Origin: an uncultured Oscillospiraceae bacterium
GTDB taxonomy: Bacteria > Bacillota > Clostridia > UMGS1883
Length of the DNA stretch: 49,554 bases
NCBI GenBank assembly: GCA_964390145.1
Contig: CAYMHB010000005.1
Span: forward strand, 1-49,554
Reading direction: 5' to 3'
Each line of letters begins with the position of its first letter. Position 1 is the stretch's first letter. Under the pieces are notes generated by a model, which was given only the letters and a program-made list of their open reading frames with translations, was not told the DNA's origin and searched no databases. Shown here one piece after another: positions 37,153 to 45,426 of this stretch. The translations under genes were made by a program, and so were the position numbers.

Positions 37153-38211
37153 ATGTTAAAAGTAGGTATAATCGGTGCAGGTACAGTTTCTGCAAGACAT
37201 ATTGACGCGTATATCGCTCATAAGGATTGCGAACTTGTAGCCATTTCGGATGTTAACGAAGAACAACTGAAAAAAAGAGCAACCGAATACAAAATCGAAA
37301 GAGCGTACACTGACTATCACGAAATACTTTCCGACAAAGAAATTGATGCGGTTGCAATCGTAACCCCCACATTCACTCACAAGGCAATAATTATAGACGC
37401 ACTTAAGGCAGGCAAGCACGTTATCTGCGAAAAGCCCCCGACACGCACGGCGCAGGAGGCTATTGAATGTAAGGAAGCGGCTGAAAAATACGGCAAAATC
37501 CTTATGTACACATTTGTCCGCAGATTTTCTGCAGAGGTTCAGTATCTTAAAAAGTATGCCGAGGCAGGAAAGTTCGGTCAGTTTGTATATGCTGAAGCGG
37601 CAAGAACTTCCCGCACTTCTTCTCCCGGTGGTTGGATGCTTGATAAGGAAAAGGTAGGCGGTGTGCTCCTTGACGGTAATATTCACGAAATTGACAGTGT
37701 TCTTTACATTATGGGCTATCCCAAGGTTAAATCCGTAACAGGTTTTGCAAGCAGTGTAAATTCCGACCTTCCCGACAGAATACAGGGAATTTCAGGCGGA
37801 TACAAAACCACGGATAAAACTGCAACCAAGCGAACAATCGACAGTATGACAAACGGATATGTAATTTTTGAAAACGGTGCTTCACTTTACATCAAATCAA
37901 GCAGTGCTTTAGTTGCAGTTGACGTTGGAGACCACATTGAAATTGTCGGCGAAAAAGCAGGTGCCAGAATCGACAACAAGATTCCTGACAGCAGACTCAG
38001 AATGCTTGAAGTTACAGACGACAACTATTTCCAGGAAGTGTACCCCAAGGTTGGAAAGGTGCACGGCGTTACAGCGGAAGTTAATCACTTCGTTGACTGC
38101 TGTATAAATGGCACAGAGTGTATGTGTAAACCCGAAGAAGCAGTTGCGGTAATGCAAATCATCGACGCAATCTATGAATCGGCAGAGACAGGAAAAACAA
38201 TATATTTCTAA
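37153..38211 (+). CDS. Gfo/Idh/MocA family oxidoreductase
   Basis: 352 aa with the N-terminal motif MLKVGIIGAGTVSARH and an EKP motif (VICEKPP). Confidence 0.85.
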   Translation: MLKVGIIGAGTVSARHIDAYIAHKDCELVAISDVNEEQLKKRATEYKIERAYTDYHEILSDKEIDAVAIVTPTFTHKAIIIDALKAGKHVICEKPPTRTAQEAIECKEAAEKYGKILMYTFVRRFSAEVQYLKKYAEAGKFGQFVYAEAARTSRTSSPGGWMLDKEKVGGVLLDGNIHEIDSVLYIMGYPKVKSVTGFASSVNSDLPDRIQGISGGYKTTDKTATKRTIDSMTNGYVIFENGASLYIKSSSALVAVDVGDHIEIVGEKAGARIDNKIPDSRLRMLEVTDDNYFQEVYPKVGKVHGVTAEVNHFVDCCINGTECMCKPEEAVAVMQIIDAIYESAETGKTIYF

Positions 38212-38220
38212 ATAAAAGCA

Positions 38221-38255
38221 AAGCGGTTCTTCATTGAAGAACCGCTTATTTTTTA
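38221..38255. terminator. bidirectional terminator between the oxidoreductase genes and dpaB
   Basis: AAGCGGTTCTTC-ATT-GAAGAACCGCTT followed by ATTTTTT on the plus strand and by TGCTTTTATT on the minus strand. Confidence 0.8.
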
Positions 38256-38347
38256 CCGTATAGGAATTCGCGTATTTTTCGCGAGCAACATTTGTCAGTT
38301 TGAACTTTAGTTGGAACGCGAAATGGGTGAAGCGGCACGCTTCTTTT

Positions 38348-38926
38348 TTACATCAATATAGGTTGAAACTGTTTTCCCGAAAGGGCATCTTCCACGGCAG
38401 GGATGATATATTCCCACTTTGCAACGAGAGAATTACTCTTCCCTATCGGGTCATCCTGTCCGAACGGAACGAAATAGATATTTTTTGTATTCAAGAGAAG
38501 TCCTATATTTTTTGCCGATGCGGAAAGTCCGTCGTTGGTTGACGGCGCAATTATTACAGGACAGTCATTGCGGAGCGTTGCTTTTGCCGCAAGGGGTACA
38601 CATCCGTCGTAAATCCCCTGCGCAAGCTTGCCAAGAGTGTTACCCGTACATGGTGCGATAAGAAGCGCATCTATCAGTTTTTTGGGTCCTATTGGCTCCG
38701 CCGCAGTAACGGTCGCAATTATTTTTCTTTCACATATATTTTCTATTTCATCTATATAATCTTTGCATTTACCAAAGCGCGTGTCGGTTGAGTAAACCTT
38801 TTCGCTCATAACAGGAAAAATATCATAACCTTTTTCCTTAACTTTATAAAGAGCGTCTGTCACTTCCCTGAGAGTGCAAAACGAGCCGGTAAATGCAAAG
38901 CCAAGTCTGACGCCTCTTGCCTCCAT
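38348..38926 (-). CDS. dpaB: dipicolinate synthase subunit B
   Basis: 192-aa flavoprotein-like protein starting MEARGVRLGFAFTGSFCT, comparable to the SpoVFB N-terminus. AGGTGA lies 8 nt upstream of the ATG at 38926. The track start at 38947 is a GTG inside dpaA. Confidence 0.85.
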   Translation of the reverse strand: MEARGVRLGFAFTGSFCTLREVTDALYKVKEKGYDIFPVMSEKVYSTDTRFGKCKDYIDEIENICERKIIATVTAAEPIGPKKLIDALLIAPCTGNTLGKLAQGIYDGCVPLAAKATLRNDCPVIIAPSTNDGLSASAKNIGLLLNTKNIYFVPFGQDDPIGKSNSLVAKWEYIIPAVEDALSGKQFQPILM

Positions 38927-38930
38927 AGTT

Positions 38931-39767
38931 TTATTCACCTGATTCACTAAAAATATTGCAGATGGTTTCTTTTATGATATTACCCGCTGTGACAGGCGCC
39001 ACTTTTCCCGGAAGCCCAAGCGCCCATATCACCTTTACTCCAAGGTCACGTGCACATTCCATATCCACCCCACCCGGTTTCGAGGCAAGGTCTATTATAA
39101 GGGTATCTTTTGCGCCTGAAAGGTGCTCCCTCTTAATGACCTGATGCGGCACGGTGTTAAATACTATATCGGCACTTGACATACATTCGCCAAGATATGA
39201 AAACGGCGCCGCGTGAAGAGAATGCGTACGTGCTTTTGCACGCTGGGCACTGCGTCTTGCACAAACGGTTACGTTTGCACCCAGATTTTTAAGCATAATA
39301 GAAAGCAGTTCTCCGATTTTACCAAAACCCGTTACGACAACATTAGCGCCGAAAATCGTTATGGGAAGTTCCTCCATGGCAATCTGTATTGCACCTTCAC
39401 AGCTCGGGACAGCATTTAAGATTTCAAAATCCTCGCGCATAAAGTAGTCAACCCACCTTACCATAAAAAGGTCGGCAACCGCCTTTATGCCATCAGACAT
39501 TTTTCCTGCAAGGAGTAATTTGTCTTTTCCCATAATGTGAAAAAGGTCCTTTAAGAGTATTTCATCTTTAAGGTTTGGTGCATCTACAGTTTTATCGTCG
39601 CGACTGCAGGGAAGTCCAAGCACAACTGCGTCGCTCCCTGAAACGGCAGTTTTAAGAGGTTCTTTGCCGTCAAACTGCTTCACTGTAAAACCCTCTTCTG
39701 TGAGGGATTTTGCCAGATATTCTATTCGCGTATCTCCACCGATAATCAGTATTTTTTTAATATTCAT
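38931..39767 (-). CDS. dpaA: dipicolinate synthase subunit A
   Basis: 278 aa with a dehydrogenase-like Rossmann motif VTGFGKIG, paired with dpaB. Confidence 0.85.
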   Translation of the reverse strand: MNIKKILIIGGDTRIEYLAKSLTEEGFTVKQFDGKEPLKTAVSGSDAVVLGLPCSRDDKTVDAPNLKDEILLKDLFHIMGKDKLLLAGKMSDGIKAVADLFMVRWVDYFMREDFEILNAVPSCEGAIQIAMEELPITIFGANVVVTGFGKIGELLSIMLKNLGANVTVCARRSAQRAKARTHSLHAAPFSYLGECMSSADIVFNTVPHQVIKREHLSGAKDTLIIDLASKPGGVDMECARDLGVKVIWALGLPGKVAPVTAGNIIKETICNIFSESGE

Positions 39768-39806
39768 AACGAAAACACCTCTCTATATATTATTACAGAG
39801 AGGTGT
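39768..39806 (-). terminator. terminator-like hairpin after the SBP gene; its 3' arm contains the dpaA SD
   Basis: On the minus strand: ACACCTCTCT-(12 nt)-AGAGAGGTGT followed by TTTTCGTT and then the ATG of dpaA. Confidence 0.6.
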
Positions 39807-39820
39807 AAAATGTTCAGTTC

Positions 39821-41389
39821 TTATTTTTGATTTTCCTCGGCTTTTGACCACGCGCTCAAATTCCTGTAAGGATAGTTCACAGTCGGCAAAAGCTTTCCTA
39901 AAACATTTTGAGATGTCATAAGGAAATTTGTTTTGAATAAAAGTCCGCAAACGGGCTGTTCGCGAAGGAAAACTTCCTCGAAATTAAACGCCGCATCGGA
40001 AAGTGAGTCAGTCGTGGGAGCACTGCAAAGAGCTTTTAAAGCAAGCTCCATAGTTTCACTTTCTCCACCGTAAGTATTAAGCGAGCCATCACGTGCCAAA
40101 AGCGCCGTATAATCGTAGGGGTTGTTTAAGATAATGCCGCCGAGGTATGCTTCATAATTTCCGCTTTCTATATTTTCAATATATTCCTCAAACGGAAGTT
40201 CTTTGACAATTACCTCTATGCCTGCGGAAAAGAGCTGCTGCGAGAGAAGTTGCGCGGTTTTTACTCTTTCCGAATTGTCTTCGTTAACGAGAAGGGTAAA
40301 GGAAAGCTCGTTCCCCTCGCTGTCAACCAGAAGCCCGATAGTTTCGTCGACGGTGTATCCTTCAAGGAAAAGCATTTCGCTTGCACCGGAGAGATTATAC
40401 TGCGAAAGTATCGATGATTCCGCCAGATCCTGCGCAGCTGGATGTATAGGAGCATTTGTTTCCATCGCATTTCCCATATAACAGTTCTGCACGATACTTG
40501 CGCGGTCTATTGCTGATGAGACTGCGCTCCTCACCGTTGGAGAAGAAAATATTGTGTCCACATGGTTTATTGCCATATATTCGTACTGCAATGAGGGGTA
40601 CGAAGTCGTCCTTGTGTTCTTTTTTGGATTGGAATTTTGTTTGTCGTAAACATTATCTGTTACTGCACTTATAATCCCCCCATTAAAGGCGGTTGTAGCC
40701 GCAAGATTGTCCCTGATTATGTTTATTTCTACATTTGTATATGTTGTTTCCCCTCCATGCCATTTATCAAAGGCTGAAAGAGAAAGCGTTGTCGCAGGAG
40801 TATATTTTGAAAATTTGTATGCGCCTGTTCCTATCATTTTTTCATCAGGCTTGTCGTTATGCGCCGCCACTATCGGGAATGTCAGACTATACGCAATCTG
40901 ACCGTAGGGACGGTTCAACTCTATTTTCACCGAAAGAGGGTCAATCGCAGTTACGTTATCAATGAAATCCACATTCTGTGCATATTCCGATGAAGGGTTT
41001 TCCTGAATTAAATTTATTGTATGCACAACGTCCGCGCTTGTAAATTTTACTTCATCGTGCCACAGAACAGAATCCTTGAGAGTAACTATCGCTGAAAGGC
41101 AGTCGTCCGACACTTTGATATTTTTTGCAAGCACGCCTTCAGTTTCGATTTTGTTGTTTATGGCAAACAGTGGTTCATAACATAGTGAAAACGCGTCACG
41201 CACGCTGCTGTGAGTAACGGAAAGAGGGTTAAAAGAATCCATCTGACGCATCTGCAATGTTATGGTTTTCGTCTGATTTTCCGAAAGTTTATCTTCTTCT
41301 TTCCCCTTCATACACCCGTTTAAAATAAGTACAAGCGCAAGTAACAGGGTTAAATATTTAGTTGTGCGTTTTATCACAAATTCATACAT
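39821..41389 (-). CDS. ABC transporter substrate-binding lipoprotein, family 5 (peptide/nickel type), orphan
   Basis: 522 aa with the signal peptide and lipobox LVLILNGC, of the SBP_bac_5 type. No permease or ATPase genes are adjacent. Confidence 0.75.
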   Translation of the reverse strand: MYEFVIKRTTKYLTLLLALVLILNGCMKGKEEDKLSENQTKTITLQMRQMDSFNPLSVTHSSVRDAFSLCYEPLFAINNKIETEGVLAKNIKVSDDCLSAIVTLKDSVLWHDEVKFTSADVVHTINLIQENPSSEYAQNVDFIDNVTAIDPLSVKIELNRPYGQIAYSLTFPIVAAHNDKPDEKMIGTGAYKFSKYTPATTLSLSAFDKWHGGETTYTNVEINIIRDNLAATTAFNGGIISAVTDNVYDKQNSNPKKNTRTTSYPSLQYEYMAINHVDTIFSSPTVRSAVSSAIDRASIVQNCYMGNAMETNAPIHPAAQDLAESSILSQYNLSGASEMLFLEGYTVDETIGLLVDSEGNELSFTLLVNEDNSERVKTAQLLSQQLFSAGIEVIVKELPFEEYIENIESGNYEAYLGGIILNNPYDYTALLARDGSLNTYGGESETMELALKALCSAPTTDSLSDAAFNFEEVFLREQPVCGLLFKTNFLMTSQNVLGKLLPTVNYPYRNLSAWSKAEENQK

Positions 41390-42159
41390 ATTATTCCTCC
41401 GAGGGTACCGCTTTTCCCATTTTGTGCTCTGTGCGAGAAAAACAAATCGTTATTACATTTGGTGCATATTCCTGATATGGATATGTTTTCTCCTTTTACG
41501 CCTGCCTCGCAAAGAAGGGCAAAATTCACTTTTGCAAGGTCAAGCATATATTTTCCGTTCCCCTTGAAAACAGAATTTTTTTCATCAAACTTTTCTGCTA
41601 CATCCTCGCTTACCTCGTAGCAGCACTGCCCTATGCAAGGACCTATTGCTGCGTAAATGTTTTTTCCTTCTGCTCCGAGAGATATAAGTTTCTGTGCCGT
41701 TTTATGAGCTATTTTTTCTGCACTTCCGCGCCAGCCTGCGTGAATCGCCGCTATTGCTTTTATATCGTCGGCATACATTAAAATCGGTACACAGTCGGCG
41801 CTGAAACAAAGGAGGGGTACATTCTTTTCCATAGTTATACACGCATCCACGCCCCTGTTCCAGTCGTAGTGCACGCCTATTCCGATATTTGTTTTGTCTA
41901 TTATTTCAATATTTGCAGTATGCTCCTGCTTTGTGGCGGTGAGCTTTTTTATATCAAGTCCAAGATTTTCACAGAGTATTTCTTCGTTTTTATGAACGCG
42001 CGAAATATCGTCACCGCGGAAGTGACTGAGCGACATACTTTTATATTCGCCCGTGCTGACTCCGCCTTTTCTGGTTGTGAAGCCGTGAACAAGGTTTTGA
42101 AATTTTGAAAGAACATCGCTCTGATAAAGGGAAATGCTCCCTATTTCTGTAATACGCAT
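41374..42159 (-). CDS. pgeF: peptidoglycan editing factor / purine nucleoside phosphorylase-like protein (YfiH/YlmD, DUF152)
   Basis: 261 aa with HGFTTRKGGVS...DCVPIL...HAGWRG...CTKC motifs. Confidence 0.85.
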   Translation of the reverse strand: MRITEIGSISLYQSDVLSKFQNLVHGFTTRKGGVSTGEYKSMSLSHFRGDDISRVHKNEEILCENLGLDIKKLTATKQEHTANIEIIDKTNIGIGVHYDWNRGVDACITMEKNVPLLCFSADCVPILMYADDIKAIAAIHAGWRGSAEKIAHKTAQKLISLGAEGKNIYAAIGPCIGQCCYEVSEDVAEKFDEKNSVFKGNGKYMLDLAKVNFALLCEAGVKGENISISGICTKCNNDLFFSHRAQNGKSGTLGGIICMNL

Positions 42160-42932
42160 AATCTTTTTATATCCTCCGCCAGACCTGTTTCCTCATTTAT
42201 TTTTATCACAACGGCGCAAAGCTGGCTTTTTCCGCGTGCAACATTAAAAGGCGGTTTCTTTTCATCGGGCGCCATTGTAAAGCGCGCGATTGAAGCATCC
42301 TTGTCAAGACCTAAAACGCTGTCACGTGCACCGGACCTTCCTACATCGGTAATATATGCCGTGCCATGGGGCAAAATGCGCTCGTCAGCGGTCTGGATAT
42401 GAGTGTGTGTGCCGAGTACTGCACTGACCTCTCCGTCAAGATAGTAGCCGAGCGCCTCCTTTTCGCTTGTTGCCTCGGCATGGAAGTCAATGATGATATT
42501 CTTTGTTTTTTCCTTGGCTTTTTTTACAAGCCTCTTCGCACATTCAAAGGGGGATTCATTGTTTTCGTCAAGATATACTCTGCCAATAAGATTTATTATT
42601 GCAAGTTTTTCATTTCCTACATTTACTATTGCCATTCCTTCTCCGACAGTTTCTCCCGTGAGGTTGGCAGGGCGGACGATGTTTTCGCCCTCGTTCATAA
42701 GCGCAATTATATCTTTTTTTGAAAAAGTATGGTTTCCCATAGTGAAAAAGTCTATACCTGCGCGGGAAAGCTCCTCATAGCCTTCGCGGTTCATACCCAG
42801 TCCGCCCGAAGCGTTTTCACCGTTCGCGACAGTATAGTCAATGTTATATTCGTCTTTGATTTCGGGGAGCATTTCGAAAATCGCATCTCTGCCTGTGCGC
42901 CCCATTATATCACCTATAAATAAAATGTTCAT
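42141..42932 (-). CDS. ymdB: TIGR00282-family metallophosphoesterase (2',3'-cyclic-nucleotide phosphodiesterase YmdB)
   Basis: 263 aa starting MNILFIGDIMGRTGR, with GNHTF and DFHAEATSEK motifs. It lies downstream of rny, as in Bacillus. Confidence 0.88.
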   Translation of the reverse strand: MNILFIGDIMGRTGRDAIFEMLPEIKDEYNIDYTVANGENASGGLGMNREGYEELSRAGIDFFTMGNHTFSKKDIIALMNEGENIVRPANLTGETVGEGMAIVNVGNEKLAIINLIGRVYLDENNESPFECAKRLVKKAKEKTKNIIIDFHAEATSEKEALGYYLDGEVSAVLGTHTHIQTADERILPHGTAYITDVGRSGARDSVLGLDKDASIARFTMAPDEKKPPFNVARGKSQLCAVVIKINEETGLAEDIKRLCVLQK

Positions 42933-42968
42933 TTCTGAAACCTTTCTAAGCCTATAAAGGCAACAAAA

Positions 42969-42994
42969 GGGCATTTTTAAAATGCCCTTTTATT
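42969..42994. terminator. bidirectional terminator-like hairpin just upstream of ymdB
   Basis: GGGCATTTTTAAAATGCCC, with TTTTATT on the plus strand and TTTTGTTG on the minus strand. Confidence 0.6.
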
Positions 42995-43269
42995 GAGCCA
43001 AGGAGAACAGACCCCCTTGAGCCTTAAACTTGATTAATTTGATTATTTTCAATTTGTCGTCCTTGAAAGGCCACAGCCTGCCTTCGTCCTCCGCATTGAA
43101 ACTAATCTGAATTTCTCTGCGTTTAAGGTCGAAGAGTTTCAAAAAAGGAAATTTTGATGTAAGACAAGGAAAATTCAAGAATTATACGGTTGTATATTCG
43201 CAGAATTTTCTGCAGTATTATACGAAATTTCCCTTTTCAAACCTTAAGGGGTTCTATTCCCCTTGGCTC
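42995..43269. mobile_element. MITE-like non-autonomous element between rny and ymdB
   Basis: The imperfect terminal inverted repeats are GAGCCAAGGAGAACAGACCCCCTTGAG (left) and the reverse complement of the right end, GAGCCAAGGGGAATAGAACCCCTTAAG (about 22/27 over these TIRs, 25/31 over the ends). TTATT is present on both flanks. There is no credible ORF. Confidence 0.5.
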
Positions 43270-44823
43270 TTATTTTGCGTAATCTGTTGTTCTGGTTTCA
43301 CGGATAAGATTGATTTTAATCTGTCCGGGATATTCAAGCTCGCTTTCAATCTTTTTAACGATTTCGCGTGCTACAAATTCCATATCACCGTCGCCGATTT
43401 CTTCGGGTTTAACCATGATACGAATTTCACGACCAGCCTGAATTGCGTAAGATTTTTCAACACCGTTAAATGATGTTGCAATCTCTTCAAGCTGCTGAAG
43501 TCGTTTTATGTAGGCTTCAATGTTCTCGCGTCTTGCACCGGGTCTTGCCGCGCTGATTGCGTCAGCCGCCTGAACAAGACAAGCGATAATTGTAGTTGCC
43601 TCCACATCGCCGTGATGAGCCTCTATTGCATGGATAACATCCTTGTTTTCGTTGTATTTCTTTGCAATATCTACACCGATTGAAATATGGCTGCCTTCGA
43701 TTTCGTGGTCAACTGCCTTACCAATATCGTGGAGAAGACCGGCTCGCTTTGCAGTAGCTACATCTACGCCAAGCTCACCTGCCATAATTCCTGCCACATG
43801 GGCAACCTCGATAGAATGTTTGAGAACATTCTGTCCGTAACTTGTTCTGAATTTAAGTTTACCTAAAAGCTTGATGATTTCGGGATGAAGGCCATGTACA
43901 CCTGTATCAAATGTAGCCTGTTCACCCTCCTGTTTGATTGTTGCGTCAACTTCTTTTCTTGCACGCTCAACCATTTCCTCAATTCTTGAGGGATGGATTC
44001 GACCGTCAACAATAAGTTTTTCAAGAGCAACACGGGCAACCTCTCTTCTGATGGGGTCAAAACCGGAAAGGATAACCGCCTCGGGAGTGTCATCGATGAT
44101 AAGATCAATACCCGTAAGTGTTTCAAGTGTTCTGATGTTTCGGCCCTCACGACCGATAATTCTTCCCTTCATTTCGTCGTTGGGAAGTGAAACAACCGAT
44201 ACTGTTGTTTCTGCTACGTGGTCAGCGGCACAGCGCTGAATTCCTGCGCTTATGATGTTCTTAGCGCGCTTGTCGGCTTCTTCTTTAGCCTGTGTTTCAA
44301 TTTCCTTAATCATAATTGCGGCTTCATGACGAACTTCGTCCTCCACGCTGCGAAGAAGATAATCCTTCGCCTCCTCAGCAGTAAGTCCTGAAAGTCTTTC
44401 AAGAATTTCAATCTGAGCCTTGTGGATGCCTTCAATCTTTTCTTTTTCCGCATCGGCTTCCTTGATTTTACGGTTTAAGGTTTCTTCCTTCTGCTCCATA
44501 GCCTCAACCTTTTTATCAAGAGCCTCTTCTTTTTGCTGTAGTCTGCGTTCCTGTCTGGAGATTTCACCGCGTCTTTCCTTGAGTTCCCTCTCGGCTTCAT
44601 TACGATTTTTGATAATCTCTTCCTTTGCGCTGAGCAGCGATTCACGCTTTTTGTTTTCAGCTGTCTTAACAGCATCGTCAACAATACGCTTTGCCTCTTT
44701 TTCTGCACTGCCTATTTGTTCTTCAGCTATCTTTTTTCTATATGATATACCTAAACGAAAGCAAATTGTGCCGGAGATGGCCGCGAGAATTACCGCAACT
44801 ACAGCAGCAATGGCATATACCAT
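43270..44823 (-). CDS. rny: ribonuclease Y
   Basis: 517 aa with an N-terminal TM segment, a coiled coil, a KH domain ([12 protein letters not shown]) and an HD domain (LLHDIGKA). AAGGAGGTG precedes the ATG at 44823. Confidence 0.95.
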   Translation of the reverse strand: MVYAIAAVVAVILAAISGTICFRLGISYRKKIAEEQIGSAEKEAKRIVDDAVKTAENKKRESLLSAKEEIIKNRNEAERELKERRGEISRQERRLQQKEEALDKKVEAMEQKEETLNRKIKEADAEKEKIEGIHKAQIEILERLSGLTAEEAKDYLLRSVEDEVRHEAAIMIKEIETQAKEEADKRAKNIISAGIQRCAADHVAETTVSVVSLPNDEMKGRIIGREGRNIRTLETLTGIDLIIDDTPEAVILSGFDPIRREVARVALEKLIVDGRIHPSRIEEMVERARKEVDATIKQEGEQATFDTGVHGLHPEIIKLLGKLKFRTSYGQNVLKHSIEVAHVAGIMAGELGVDVATAKRAGLLHDIGKAVDHEIEGSHISIGVDIAKKYNENKDVIHAIEAHHGDVEATTIIACLVQAADAISAARPGARRENIEAYIKRLQQLEEIATSFNGVEKSYAIQAGREIRIMVKPEEIGDGDMEFVAREIVKKIESELEYPGQIKINLIRETRTTDYAK

Positions 44824-44981
44824 TGTAACACCTCCTTATATATATTAAGCAGTTTGTATAAAACTACAGATATATTATATATTTTTTTATGAAAACTGTC
44901 AAGAATTTTTATCCGACTTTATGCAAAATTTATAAAATTTTCGAGACTGAAAATTATTTTTAAACTTTTGAAAAAAAACAG

Positions 44982-45010
44982 TTGCAATTGAAAAAATCTT
45001 GTGTTATAAT
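44982..45010 (+). promoter_or_regulatory. sigma-A type promoter for rpmE
   Basis: TTGCAA (44982-44987), a 17-nt spacer ending in TGT, TATAAT (45005-45010). Confidence 0.6.
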
Positions 45011-45077
45011 AGCATTCGCTGAATTAGTGTTCAAATTTTTTTAATATATCTCATTTTTTGGAAAGAGGTGAACGGTT

Positions 45078-45281
45078 GTGAGAGAAGGTATTCATCCCGA
45101 TTATAAGCAGACAGTTATCAAGTGCGCATGTGGTAATGTGATTGAAACTGGTTCTACTAAGGAGAACATTTTCGTTGAAATTTGTTCTAAGTGCCATCCT
45201 TTCTTTACAGGTAAGCAGAAGCTTGTTGATACAGGCGGACGTGTTGAAAAATTCAGAAAGAAGTTCAATATGGACAAATAA
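45078..45281 (+). CDS. rpmE: 50S ribosomal protein L31 (Zn-ribbon type A)
   Basis: 67 aa, [21 protein letters not shown]...[13 protein letters not shown] start preceded by AAGAGGTGA. Confidence 0.93.
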   Translation: MREGIHPDYKQTVIKCACGNVIETGSTKENIFVEICSKCHPFFTGKQKLVDTGGRVEKFRKKFNMDK

Positions 45282-45285
45282 TTGC

Positions 45286-45318
45286 AAAAACAGCCCAAAC
45301 GGGCTGTTTTTTGTTTTT
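45286..45318 (+). terminator. rho-independent terminator after rpmE
   Basis: ACAGCCC-AAAC-GGGCTGT hairpin followed by TTTTTTGTTTTT. Confidence 0.85.
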
Positions 45319-45347
45319 ATATCGCAAATTTTGAGTGTATTTATTCC

Positions 45348-45376
45348 TTGATTTAATATATAAAATATGATAGAAT
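45348..45376 (+). promoter_or_regulatory. sigma-A type promoter for secA-prfB
   Basis: TTGATT (45348-45353), 17-nt spacer, TAGAAT (45371-45376). Confidence 0.5.
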
Positions 45377-45426
45377 ATGTTGAAGTGTTGATTTCTGAAA
45401 CACTTCCATTAAGGAGGAAAACAAAT

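Noticed and set aside
38256-38347. A possible small RNA lies between the two terminators downstream of dpaB. It contains the hairpins CGCG-TATTTTT-CGCG and GAAGCG-GCA-CGCTTC followed by TTTTTT.
   Set aside because: There is no promoter-like hexamer pair on either strand and no repeat elsewhere in the window. It is most simply the dpaB 3' UTR ending at the bidirectional terminator at 38221-38247.
42990-43178. A 62-aa ORF on the minus strand lies inside the MITE-like element.
   Set aside because: It has a TTG start without any SD. It ends in the terminal inverted repeat, and its low-complexity K/F/L-rich sequence has no recognisable domain.
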